A stretch of 59,701 nucleotides of DNA from positions 1-59,701 of the IMG/VR virus record IMGVR_UViG_3300032218_001256. The stretch is one strand, 5' to 3'. This document shows positions 47,153 to 56,714 of this stretch, one piece after another. The stretch comes from a virus (lineage: Duplodnaviria > Caudoviricetes). The position numbers and the translations under genes are program-made. A model generated the notes under the pieces. It did not search any database. It had not been told where the DNA came from and saw nothing but the letters and a program-made list of their open reading frames with translations. The stretch's first letter is position 1. Each line of letters begins with the position of its first letter.

Positions 47153-50100
47153 TAGTAAAGGAAATATTAGCAACAATTATAATGCTGGCCAAACTGGTCT
47201 GAACATGGATAATACCCTTGGTCAGATTAAGAAGGGTACACTTACGTATGCATTGAATGCTAATATCGAAAACTTTGATTCCAATTCTGTTAATTATCAG
47301 AATGAGGAAGGGAATATTCCATGCGTAGATGGTGATGGTGTATTGTTTCCAGATAACACAATTGTTATTGGTACACATTTCATTAACGAACAGAACAAGC
47401 ACATTTTCTTTCTTGTAAATACTGAGACAGGTGGATCAGAGATAGGACAGATTGCTAATAACAATTGCATCTATGAAACTATTCTAGCTAATGATTGTCT
47501 TAACTTTGATATAAATCATCCTGTTCAAAAAACTGTACACAGATTAACAAACTGTACAACAGAACTTTATTGGACTGATGGAAAGAATCCTAGACGTTAT
47601 CTTAATATAGATAGCCCTCCTACTACAGACATCTGTAATAATCTAAAGATACAGCCAAACTTTACTGTACCTGAGTTGAGTATAACAAATGTAGTTACTG
47701 GTGGTGAGCTTATTTCTGGTACATATCAATTTGCTATTCAGTACTGCGATGCTGTAGGTTTTGGATACACATCTTATTATTCTATTACTAATCCTGTTTC
47801 TATTGCTAATACGCAAGTTGAAACTTTAGAGTTTAATTATCCTGTTAATAGATCTATTGTTGTAAGCATTTCTAATCTTGATCAGAAAGGACATTTCAAT
47901 TATTACAACCTTGCTGTAATTAAAACAATCAATGGAATCACTTCTGTTGAATTAATAGGAACTTATTATATTGATGCAACAACTAATTATGTAACTTACT
48001 CTGGACAAAATCAAACACAAATAAGACTTGCTATTGAGGATATCTTTGAAAAGTTTCCTTATTACGATATAGCTCAAGACGTCACTGCTGTTCAAGATAT
48101 ATTAGTTTGGGATCAACTTACTACTAATGAGCGTGTAAACTACCAAACAATTGCAGCACAGATAAACTTAAAATGGCAAACTTATAGAATTCCTACAGAT
48201 GAAAGTTATGCTAATGAGCTTAATTCTGCAAATCTTAGAGGTTATCTTCGTGATGAAGTTTATCCTTTTGAGATTGTATTCTTATTAAAGAATGGTAAGC
48301 AAACAGATGGTTTTCATATTCCTGGTAGAAAATCAATTCCAGCAATTGATGAAGTTCCTATTTATAGAAATGGTAATGCTGACTATATAGGTACAGGAGA
48401 TGTTTCTCCTAAATGGAAAATATACAATACTGCTTATGGAAGTACACCTTCCACAGGACCTTCAATAAATACTGCTATACCACATGAGCATGGTGAGTTT
48501 GCGTATTGGGAATCAGAAGAAGAATATCCTTCTGGTCCACAAGATCATGTATTCCAAGCTGCAGGATTAACTGGTCCTATTAGACATCATAAGTTTCCTG
48601 ATGTTCTTGTAAGTCCTATATTTGAAACTTCTACTCCACCTGTTGTAAATGGTGAGTATCAAGTGACAATGCAACCTAGTCGTGCTGTATACCCTATTGG
48701 TGTATTGATTGATACAAATGAAGTAAAAACATTAATAGAGAATTCTGGATTAACTGATACTCAGAAAGCAGACATTGCTGGATTTAAAATTGTACGTGGT
48801 AATAGATCAACTAATAAATCTATTATAGCTAAAGGTATTCTTCGTAATGTAGGTAAATACAATAGAGAAGGAACTACATACTATTTCCCTAACTATCCAT
48901 ATAACGATTTAAATAAAGATCCATTTTTATCAGAATTAAATATTTCTGATAGAAACAGTAAAGCATATGCTTATAATGCTCAATCAGTTTTATACTATGT
49001 ATCAACTGTATATCTTCCAGGATCTATAACAATCACTGATTGTAATACAGGAGATGTTAGAGATATACCATTAGTAGTTGGTGGTCCTCAACTTGAAATA
49101 TGTTCGCTCACCTATCCTAAATTAAATGGTGGAGCTTCAGCAAGTATTCTTAATCCAGTAGCTAAAACTATCTGTGTAGGTTTCACTTCAGATTCAAGTA
49201 CTACATTTAAATATTATAATGCATATACAGCAGCAATTGAATTTGTTACTGTTACATTAGCAGATGGTATTGTTTACAAATTAGTTAATTCTTTCTATCC
49301 TGTTACATATAACTATGGATCTAAGAATTATACACTTACAACAAGTGACACTATAAATCCATTAACCCTTCCTAATAAGTTAGATGCATTTGCTACAGAT
49401 GAATCTAAACTTAGGATGGTATTTAATTCTCCTGAGACATCTTTTGGTCAACCATCATTAGGTAGTATTCTTAAATTAGAGAATGTGATGTATGGTGCAG
49501 GAATAGCTCATTTTGCTGAGGTTAAAAACAATGCTAGATATAAATTTATTACTAGAACTGTACAGCAACAAGCATTAAGATCTAGTTTTGATCTTGCTAA
49601 CTCTGTATCTCCATTTGATCCTAATGCGATGTTTACAACGTATCAGGCATATTTACAGATATATATAAATGGTATTAGTAGAAGAAATTTCTCTTGGTCA
49701 TTTAACTCTGTAGCACAATATGATTATTGGGGTGATATTGGTAACTCTGGATTTAAGCAACGTCAGTTAGATAAGTATCAATATGCAATTCCTGGAATTC
49801 AATCTGTAGCAGATGTTCATGATTTGAATAACTTTCAAAGAGAATCTTCTGTATATCTAAGAACAGGTTCTGCTAAACCAGGCGATGCACCTCTTCCTTA
49901 TCCTAACACTGTACCTTCTATAAATACTTATATTAGTGATAGTTCTAGATATGTAGCATCTGAGAAGAATGCTTGTGGTACTCCTGAAGATATTAAAGAT
50001 ATTAAGGTGGTATCATACTATGGATCATTAAAGAATATACTTCCTTCTCAATGGGGTCAGTTATATACATATCAAACTATTGACACAGGATTCCAAGTTG

Positions 50101-51629
50101 ACTTTGATATTCTTCCTATTGGAGGATTAGCAACTATATTTGGTGGGGATACTTTTATATCTAGGTTTGGATTCAAAACAAAACTTCCATTCTTTATAGA
50201 TAACAGAGTTAGTGCTCCTGATGATTCAGATATATTCTATGATGAGATTGGTAATGTTGCATATCCTAGATATTGGCATTCATCGAGATCTATCTTGAGT
50301 AATTATACCACTCCTAATAATACAAGCTTAGCCAATGTTATATCAATCAAAGCTACAGCTTTAGATTGTCCTAACAATCCAATATATTCTGCTACATCAA
50401 CTACTACAACAACTACAACTACTGCTCCTGGTAGTGTTACAACAGGATCTTTGAATTATGGATATACTGGTAAGATGTATCAATTTGCTTATGGTATACC
50501 ATACTTCTATTGTGAAAGTTCTATTAATGTTGATTTACGTCAAGCCTTTAACAATAGAGAAGGAAACTTTTACCCACACGTAAGTTCAGGTATTCCTGAT
50601 AACTGGTTGCAACAATCATACGTACCAATTGCTCAAGATAATACGTACTACTATAATGTAACTTACTCTAAACAGAATACAGAAAACAACTTTACACATC
50701 TTCCATTTAACTGGGATAACAATCAATGTAATGTTGTATTTCCTTTTAGAACTATATACTCAGAACCACAAAGTTCTGATCCAACAGTAAAGGTTAATAA
50801 CTGGCTCATCTATCGCCCTATATCATATTTTGATTTTCCTCAGAACTATGGTCCATTGGTATCTTTAGATGGTATACAGAATAAAGGAATCCTTGCTAGG
50901 TTTGAGAACAAGTCATTATTGTACAATACAATGTTGACAATCAACACTAGCAATCCACAAGCTGCGTACATTGGTAATCCAACATTATTTAGAAGTTCTC
51001 CCCCAATTGATTTTGCTGAGACAGATCTTGGATATGTAGGATCTCAAAATAAATTCTTGTTAAAGATTCCTCAAGGACAGATTACTGTTGATGCTAAGCG
51101 TGGACAGATCTTCTTGATAACAGGAGCTCAAGCTGTAGATATAACAGCATTTGGTTCAGGTGTCAATCGTTTCATGACTGACCACTTAGCATTTGAAATC
51201 TTACGTTACTTCCCAGAAGCTGACGTAGATAACAACTTTAGTAAGGTGGGATTACATGGCGTATATGATAGTAAATATGATAGAGTTATTATCTCTAAGC
51301 TTGACTACATCCCACAACCTAATTGGATTGATAAAATCTTTTATGATAATGATCCAACTAGTGTAAACTATAAAGAGTATTACATATTAGTAGATGAGGT
51401 TCCTACAGTGATTCAGTTATTAGATAATAATTATTTCTGTAACAAATCATGGACTTTGTCATTCAATATGAATACAAAGAGTTGGGTGAGTTTCCATAGT
51501 TATATTCCTAACTATTATATAGGAGAAAGTAACTTCTTCTATTCTGGATTGAACCAAGGGTGTAACCTAACAGCAATTGCTGCTGTAGAAGTATCTGACT
51601 GTGCGTTAGCTGGAACAGCTGTTAAATAA
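47130..51629 (+). CDS. Tail stabilization / muzzle protein, N-terminal major part (likely start at 47130)
   Basis: 'GLNMD', 'YWTDG.NP.R', 'GTYQFA..Y', 'IRHHKFP', 'FGGDTFI', 'WTLSF....SWVSFHSY.P'. Confidence 0.8.
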   Translation: MAGEETTSSKGNISNNYNAGQTGLNMDNTLGQIKKGTLTYALNANIENFDSNSVNYQNEEGNIPCVDGDGVLFPDNTIVIGTHFINEQNKHIFFLVNTETGGSEIGQIANNNCIYETILANDCLNFDINHPVQKTVHRLTNCTTELYWTDGKNPRRYLNIDSPPTTDICNNLKIQPNFTVPELSITNVVTGGELISGTYQFAIQYCDAVGFGYTSYYSITNPVSIANTQVETLEFNYPVNRSIVVSISNLDQKGHFNYYNLAVIKTINGITSVELIGTYYIDATTNYVTYSGQNQTQIRLAIEDIFEKFPYYDIAQDVTAVQDILVWDQLTTNERVNYQTIAAQINLKWQTYRIPTDESYANELNSANLRGYLRDEVYPFEIVFLLKNGKQTDGFHIPGRKSIPAIDEVPIYRNGNADYIGTGDVSPKWKIYNTAYGSTPSTGPSINTAIPHEHGEFAYWESEEEYPSGPQDHVFQAAGLTGPIRHHKFPDVLVSPIFETSTPPVVNGEYQVTMQPSRAVYPIGVLIDTNEVKTLIENSGLTDTQKADIAGFKIVRGNRSTNKSIIAKGILRNVGKYNREGTTYYFPNYPYNDLNKDPFLSELNISDRNSKAYAYNAQSVLYYVSTVYLPGSITITDCNTGDVRDIPLVVGGPQLEICSLTYPKLNGGASASILNPVAKTICVGFTSDSSTTFKYYNAYTAAIEFVTVTLADGIVYKLVNSFYPVTYNYGSKNYTLTTSDTINPLTLPNKLDAFATDESKLRMVFNSPETSFGQPSLGSILKLENVMYGAGIAHFAEVKNNARYKFITRTVQQQALRSSFDLANSVSPFDPNAMFTTYQAYLQIYINGISRRNFSWSFNSVAQYDYWGDIGNSGFKQRQLDKYQYAIPGIQSVADVHDLNNFQRESSVYLRTGSAKPGDAPLPYPNTVPSINTYISDSSRYVASEKNACGTPEDIKDIKVVSYYGSLKNILPSQWGQLYTYQTIDTGFQVDFDILPIGGLATIFGGDTFISRFGFKTKLPFFIDNRVSAPDDSDIFYDEIGNVAYPRYWHSSRSILSNYTTPNNTSLANVISIKATALDCPNNPIYSATSTTTTTTTTAPGSVTTGSLNYGYTGKMYQFAYGIPYFYCESSINVDLRQAFNNREGNFYPHVSSGIPDNWLQQSYVPIAQDNTYYYNVTYSKQNTENNFTHLPFNWDNNQCNVVFPFRTIYSEPQSSDPTVKVNNWLIYRPISYFDFPQNYGPLVSLDGIQNKGILARFENKSLLYNTMLTINTSNPQAAYIGNPTLFRSSPPIDFAETDLGYVGSQNKFLLKIPQGQITVDAKRGQIFLITGAQAVDITAFGSGVNRFMTDHLAFEILRYFPEADVDNNFSKVGLHGVYDSKYDRVIISKLDYIPQPNWIDKIFYDNDPTSVNYKEYYILVDEVPTVIQLLDNNYFCNKSWTLSFNMNTKSWVSFHSYIPNYYIGESNFFYSGLNQGCNLTAIAAVEVSDCALAGTAVK

Positions 51630-51635
51630 AAGATT

Positions 51636-52502
51636 ATGTCTAGAAGTGTTATTATAAAGTTAGAAACTGCAGGATTCAGAACAACATTACTAAATGTTTC
51701 TGATGATCAAGGAACTGTCTTTGCTACTAATGTACCAAAGGAAGAGTTCATTGCAGGACAGACATATACTGTAGATGACAATGTTGAAGAGATGATTCTT
51801 GAATCAGTGGGAGTGTGTAACTTTGTTTTACATCTTCCTATTCAACAACTCACTGCGCAAGAGATTGCTGATATTACATACACTCCTAGTAACTCAGGAA
51901 CATTATGGAAACACTTAGTTGACACTACAGTTAATAATAAATACTATAATAAAATAGAACCATACATTATTGAGTATCCATTCATGTATCAATTTCATGA
52001 TGAGATTCTTCAGAATGTAAAAGACTACACTAGAGCATATAGATATCTACCTATACCTGATGGTGTATACAATGATAATGCTAAGATACAGACAGATGAC
52101 CAATACTTTAATAAAGTCATCTTATATAATGGACAGCAATGCTCAGGATTAATTGAGTTAGTTCCTAAACCTTATCATAACTTAAGAGCATATTTGAACT
52201 ATCCAATATATAACACAGATAGTAAAACTATTCTTTATACAAAGAGTGATAGCTTCTATCAATACAATACATTCTGGAATGTGCTTATAGATAAAGCTGC
52301 ACCAATGTTCTTTACTAGTTGTGAATCTTTATCAATAGATAAAGTGTTGAATCAAGCTAATATGAACTATGGAGTGAAGTCATTTAAAAAAGAACCTTTT
52401 CGTGCTAAAGGTGTATTGGTGAGACACATCTTAGATGATAGATCTGATGCACACTTAGTATCACAATTCGTAATTGCTCCATCTCAAATCTCTTACAAGT
52501 AA
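51636..52502 (+). CDS. Probable separate C-terminal part of the muzzle protein
   Basis: 'LWKH...YY....PYIIEY', 'FNKVILYN.QQCSG' resemble what normally follows the WVSFHSY region. Confidence 0.55.
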   Translation: MSRSVIIKLETAGFRTTLLNVSDDQGTVFATNVPKEEFIAGQTYTVDDNVEEMILESVGVCNFVLHLPIQQLTAQEIADITYTPSNSGTLWKHLVDTTVNNKYYNKIEPYIIEYPFMYQFHDEILQNVKDYTRAYRYLPIPDGVYNDNAKIQTDDQYFNKVILYNGQQCSGLIELVPKPYHNLRAYLNYPIYNTDSKTILYTKSDSFYQYNTFWNVLIDKAAPMFFTSCESLSIDKVLNQANMNYGVKSFKKEPFRAKGVLVRHILDDRSDAHLVSQFVIAPSQISYK

Positions 52503-55500
52503 TGGCAATAGAAAAACCTAAAGGCTGGCTAGATAAATACAGTGACAATGTTGCTGCTACTGATGCTACACGTGTTAGTAAACAACTAACTCCTTTAAAT
52601 GTTAAAAAGGTTACACAACAACAGTTAGATCAACGAGAGGTACAAGCACGTAGAGATAGAATTGCTCAAGCTAATTCTGTTCCACAATCTGACCAATTTA
52701 AATCTGCTGAAGCATTTGCTAAATCCACGTCAGCTACTGCTGATAAATTAAGAGCGTCAGAATATCCTAATATTTTTGATGACTACCTAAATCCTTATAC
52801 TTGGACTGGAGAAATGGCTTCTAAATTAGGAGAAGTTCCTTTAGCTATAAAAGAAGGCAATTATGGAAAGGCTGCAGCAACTGTAGCATTACCTGCAATG
52901 ATTGGTTTACAAGAAACCATGTTAGGTAATTTATCTAATATGACTGGAGTAACTGATCTATTAAATACATTAGGTAAGGAAACATATCATGCAGTAAAAT
53001 CTAAAGTGGTAAATCCTTTTTTAGAAAAAGTTGTTGATCCTGTTCTTTATAGTAAAGAGATGTCAGCATTAAAAAAAATTCATGCAGATGCACCTAATTA
53101 TTTTAATAATCCTGAAACTGTAAGAAGGCTTCAGAATCTAGAAATAGATGATCCTAGTGTATTAAAATATCCAGAGTTAACTTTTTCTAGAGAGGGTGGA
53201 TCTCATTATAATCCACTTGAGAATAAAGTGAATATAAATCTTGGTCAAGCAAGTTCATTAAAATCACGAGGATATGATTTGACTAATCATGGTATATATG
53301 ATCACGAAATGGGTCATTGGTTACAAAGAGAAAGTTATACAAAAGGTAATCAATATCGATATATAAAAGATAAAGTAGCTTCTCAGAATTATCGTAATAA
53401 TTTTAAAAAATCTCTTAAAGAATGGCAAGATAAATTTCCTGATCAAAATACTCCAGAAGCAATAGCTGCTAAACCAGATCTAGATTTTGATAAGACGTTT
53501 GTATTTCCTGGGTCAAAGCCTACAGAGGCTGATGTTCAATTACATAAGTTAGATAGACTTAGTCCTATTGACATGACAACTAGGGGCGTATATGATAATG
53601 CATATTTTAATAATGCAGGTGGGAAGCGAACTGATGCAGTTGAACCTTATGCTTTTTTAAGAGAGACAAAGAGGGATATGATTGATAAAGGTTTTCTAAA
53701 AGATGAATTCCATAGAGCTGATCCAGAACTAATAGAAAGTTATCTTAATTCAAAACCTAATAGTAGAATTGGAGGAATTGCAGATAACAGCTTTAAAAAT
53801 TATTTGATTTTAGCTAATTCAATAAATAAGTTTCCATCAGTTGCTCCTATCATAGGTGCAGGAGCTTTAGGAGCAGCTGCTGTAACACAAGAACCAGAAC
53901 AAAAAAAGAATGGTGGATGGCTTGATAAGTATAATGATGGAGGTCCTATACAACCTAACTATAATGATTACTCTGTCTCAGCAGGACCAGGATTCCAAGG
54001 TGATGGATATAGTAACGTAGGACGTAACTATTCTCCTGCATGGGGAGGACAGTTTCAAGATGGTGGTGAACTTCCTAATGTAACAGTTAAAGGTAAAAGA
54101 CAACCTATTGTTGTGACCAATCCAAGAGATCCTAGATTAAGAGCATACAATGATAGTTTAGCTGCATACAATGCTTCAAAGAATTTACCAGAAGCTTTTA
54201 CAAATAGTTCAAAGAAGGTTGCAAATGCTAAAACTTCAGAGGAGCTTATACAAATACTTAAGGAAAGATCTAATCTTGTAACTCCTTTAAAACCTTTTTT
54301 TGAAAAGGGTTTACTTCCTTCAGAAAAAGGAAACTCATTAGATGGTTATAGCTCTGAATACATGATTGCACCTAGTGCTGCATATAAAAGAGGGAAATTT
54401 GTTCCAGGAGCATTATATCCAAGCACAACGCTATTTTTCAAAAAACCAACACGACCTGTAATTTATGAAAAACCAAAACCTGTATCTACTCCTCAATCTA
54501 CAATAGATTTTATGGAGGGAAACTATGGACAAGAACCTATTACAGAAATACCACAACCACAACCACAAGTAAGTGCATATGGAGAAGTGGTAGATCCTAG
54601 AACAGGATATACACACATGACTAGACAAGGAAGTCCTATGTATCCAATGGTAGGTCAGAATGTTCCTGAGATGGCTATGGGAGGATCTATTGGTGGAGCT
54701 ACACAAGGTATACCAGGAGCTACAGGATTTATGTACGCACGTACAGGAAGCATTCCTAGTAATGGTAAGTATGCCAAGAAGACAAAAGCTTCTGCACAGA
54801 ATGGTAAAGAGATGAAGTTCTATCAGAATGGTTTAGACTTCGAGCCTAAATCAATCAGTAGAAATGGTTCTGTTATTAAAGATGATAGAGGACAATGGGA
54901 TCATCCAGGAGAAATAACAGAGATTGGTTCTAACCAAATTACAATGCAAGGTGTTCCTTATCCTGTAATGGGTGTAAGTGACACAGGAGACACACAAATG
55001 ATGTATCCTAACCAAGAGTATCAATACGATGGAAACTCTGTTACAGAGTATCCTATGATGGCTGAGGGTGGTAAAACTCTTAAAAATAAACCATTAGTTA
55101 ATCTTGGTGACTTTACTATGACTCCTGCAGAATTGGAATATGTAAATTCTCCAAACAGTGGATATTGTCCTGGTGGAAATTGTTTAGAAAATACTAAGAA
55201 AGGTTATGACATGACTGCTGGTAGAATATCAGGAATACCTAATAGTAATGATATATGGACAAAAGATTTAAATTTAATAAGTACAGCTTCTAGACCTAGT
55301 GAAAAATTAATAAAAGAGAATCCTTATTTTGAAGGAGATAGTTCATTTGGTTCTGCTGATAGTTGGGATATACATGGAGCAATTGTAAAAGCTGGTGGTA
55401 AGAATATATATAGTCAAGCTAAAGGGCAGGCTATACCAAAAGATATTGCAATAGGATCTTTTATTGGTTGGGGTCCTGCTGGAACAAGAGAAAGTAATCA

Positions 55501-56713
55501 TTCAAATCGTCAAAAAGGTTTGAATACAAAATATGGTTTACAACCTTCTCATCATAGTACACAGGTAGTTTCTTATAATGAACAAGGAGAACCTATTGTT
55601 TACGATTCGTATTTAGGTAAGTATGGCACACTTTCTGATATAGCTAAAGATTTAAAAAGTTCATTAGGTTATGAGTTAGAAAATATTAGTGTTCCTAAAA
55701 GTGTAGCTGGTAATACAAGAGAGAATTTAACAAAGAGAGGTTTATTAAAAAATGAACTAACTCCTTATAAAGCTGATTTAAATAAACTATTATCTGGAAC
55801 TAAACAAGACTGGGCACAGATTAAAGAAGATGGTAAGTTACGTGCTCCTAAACCAGATAGAGAAAAATTAGATGCATTTGCAAAAGCTCTTTCTGATAAT
55901 AAAGGTGAGTTAATTAGTAGTCTACGTATAAAAAATGAAGACTATGATAGGCTTGCAAATACAGCACTTGCTATAGCAATGACTGAATCAGAAGGTGGTG
56001 GAGCATTAGGTTTTGCAGATAACTTTGGTAGTACACAAGGTATGACTCAGTTAAATCCAAACAATATTAAAGATGATAAACGTTTATCATCTGCATTAAG
56101 TAAGAGTTACAAAGATAATATTTCTCCAACTAATGTATTAGATCCTAGTAGTTCAGCACTTGCTACGATGATGTACTTAAGTGTAGCAGAGAAAGATGCT
56201 AAACGTTTATATGATAAAGGATTAAAGCCAGGAGTTAAAACATTTAATCAGCCTGGATTTATTGAAAACTTTAGGTCTAGCAATAGTAGGTTAAATAAAG
56301 ATGGTGTATTTATTGACGAGTTAAATAAACGTATTCCTTATTCTGAAATTCCAGGATATGAAGATAATGATGTAACTCAAGTTAATAACTATCTTAAGAA
56401 AGTTACCAAATCAGATAAGTATAGCTTTGTTAATAAAGATGGAGACTTATCTTTAAAGATGAAAACCAAAGGTAACAATCCTAAACTAACTGATATAGAG
56501 AAGATAGGATATATGTGGCAATCACCTAACTCATTGAAGACAGGAGATGCTGAAGGCAAGAGTGAGTATGTCAATAAGATTAAAAACTATTATAACTTAC
56601 TCTCCTCAAAAAAAATGGAACAAGGTGGACAGTTGACAAAGCTGGATCAATTAACTAACTTTACTAATTACAATACCAAACAACCAGGAGGCTGGTTAGA
56701 TAAATACCAATAA
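52502..56713 (+). CDS. Large modular cargo (ejection) protein with zincin-like and lytic transglycosylase-like regions
   Basis: HEMGH; 'AIAMTES...STQGMTQ...DP......TMMYL'; repeated GWLDKY and xxxGG motifs. Confidence 0.75.
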   Translation: MAIEKPKGWLDKYSDNVAATDATRVSKQLTPLNVKKVTQQQLDQREVQARRDRIAQANSVPQSDQFKSAEAFAKSTSATADKLRASEYPNIFDDYLNPYTWTGEMASKLGEVPLAIKEGNYGKAAATVALPAMIGLQETMLGNLSNMTGVTDLLNTLGKETYHAVKSKVVNPFLEKVVDPVLYSKEMSALKKIHADAPNYFNNPETVRRLQNLEIDDPSVLKYPELTFSREGGSHYNPLENKVNINLGQASSLKSRGYDLTNHGIYDHEMGHWLQRESYTKGNQYRYIKDKVASQNYRNNFKKSLKEWQDKFPDQNTPEAIAAKPDLDFDKTFVFPGSKPTEADVQLHKLDRLSPIDMTTRGVYDNAYFNNAGGKRTDAVEPYAFLRETKRDMIDKGFLKDEFHRADPELIESYLNSKPNSRIGGIADNSFKNYLILANSINKFPSVAPIIGAGALGAAAVTQEPEQKKNGGWLDKYNDGGPIQPNYNDYSVSAGPGFQGDGYSNVGRNYSPAWGGQFQDGGELPNVTVKGKRQPIVVTNPRDPRLRAYNDSLAAYNASKNLPEAFTNSSKKVANAKTSEELIQILKERSNLVTPLKPFFEKGLLPSEKGNSLDGYSSEYMIAPSAAYKRGKFVPGALYPSTTLFFKKPTRPVIYEKPKPVSTPQSTIDFMEGNYGQEPITEIPQPQPQVSAYGEVVDPRTGYTHMTRQGSPMYPMVGQNVPEMAMGGSIGGATQGIPGATGFMYARTGSIPSNGKYAKKTKASAQNGKEMKFYQNGLDFEPKSISRNGSVIKDDRGQWDHPGEITEIGSNQITMQGVPYPVMGVSDTGDTQMMYPNQEYQYDGNSVTEYPMMAEGGKTLKNKPLVNLGDFTMTPAELEYVNSPNSGYCPGGNCLENTKKGYDMTAGRISGIPNSNDIWTKDLNLISTASRPSEKLIKENPYFEGDSSFGSADSWDIHGAIVKAGGKNIYSQAKGQAIPKDIAIGSFIGWGPAGTRESNHSNRQKGLNTKYGLQPSHHSTQVVSYNEQGEPIVYDSYLGKYGTLSDIAKDLKSSLGYELENISVPKSVAGNTRENLTKRGLLKNELTPYKADLNKLLSGTKQDWAQIKEDGKLRAPKPDREKLDAFAKALSDNKGELISSLRIKNEDYDRLANTALAIAMTESEGGGALGFADNFGSTQGMTQLNPNNIKDDKRLSSALSKSYKDNISPTNVLDPSSSALATMMYLSVAEKDAKRLYDKGLKPGVKTFNQPGFIENFRSSNSRLNKDGVFIDELNKRIPYSEIPGYEDNDVTQVNNYLKKVTKSDKYSFVNKDGDLSLKMKTKGNNPKLTDIEKIGYMWQSPNSLKTGDAEGKSEYVNKIKNYYNLLSSKKMEQGGQLTKLDQLTNFTNYNTKQPGGWLDKYQ

Positions 56714-56714
56714 T

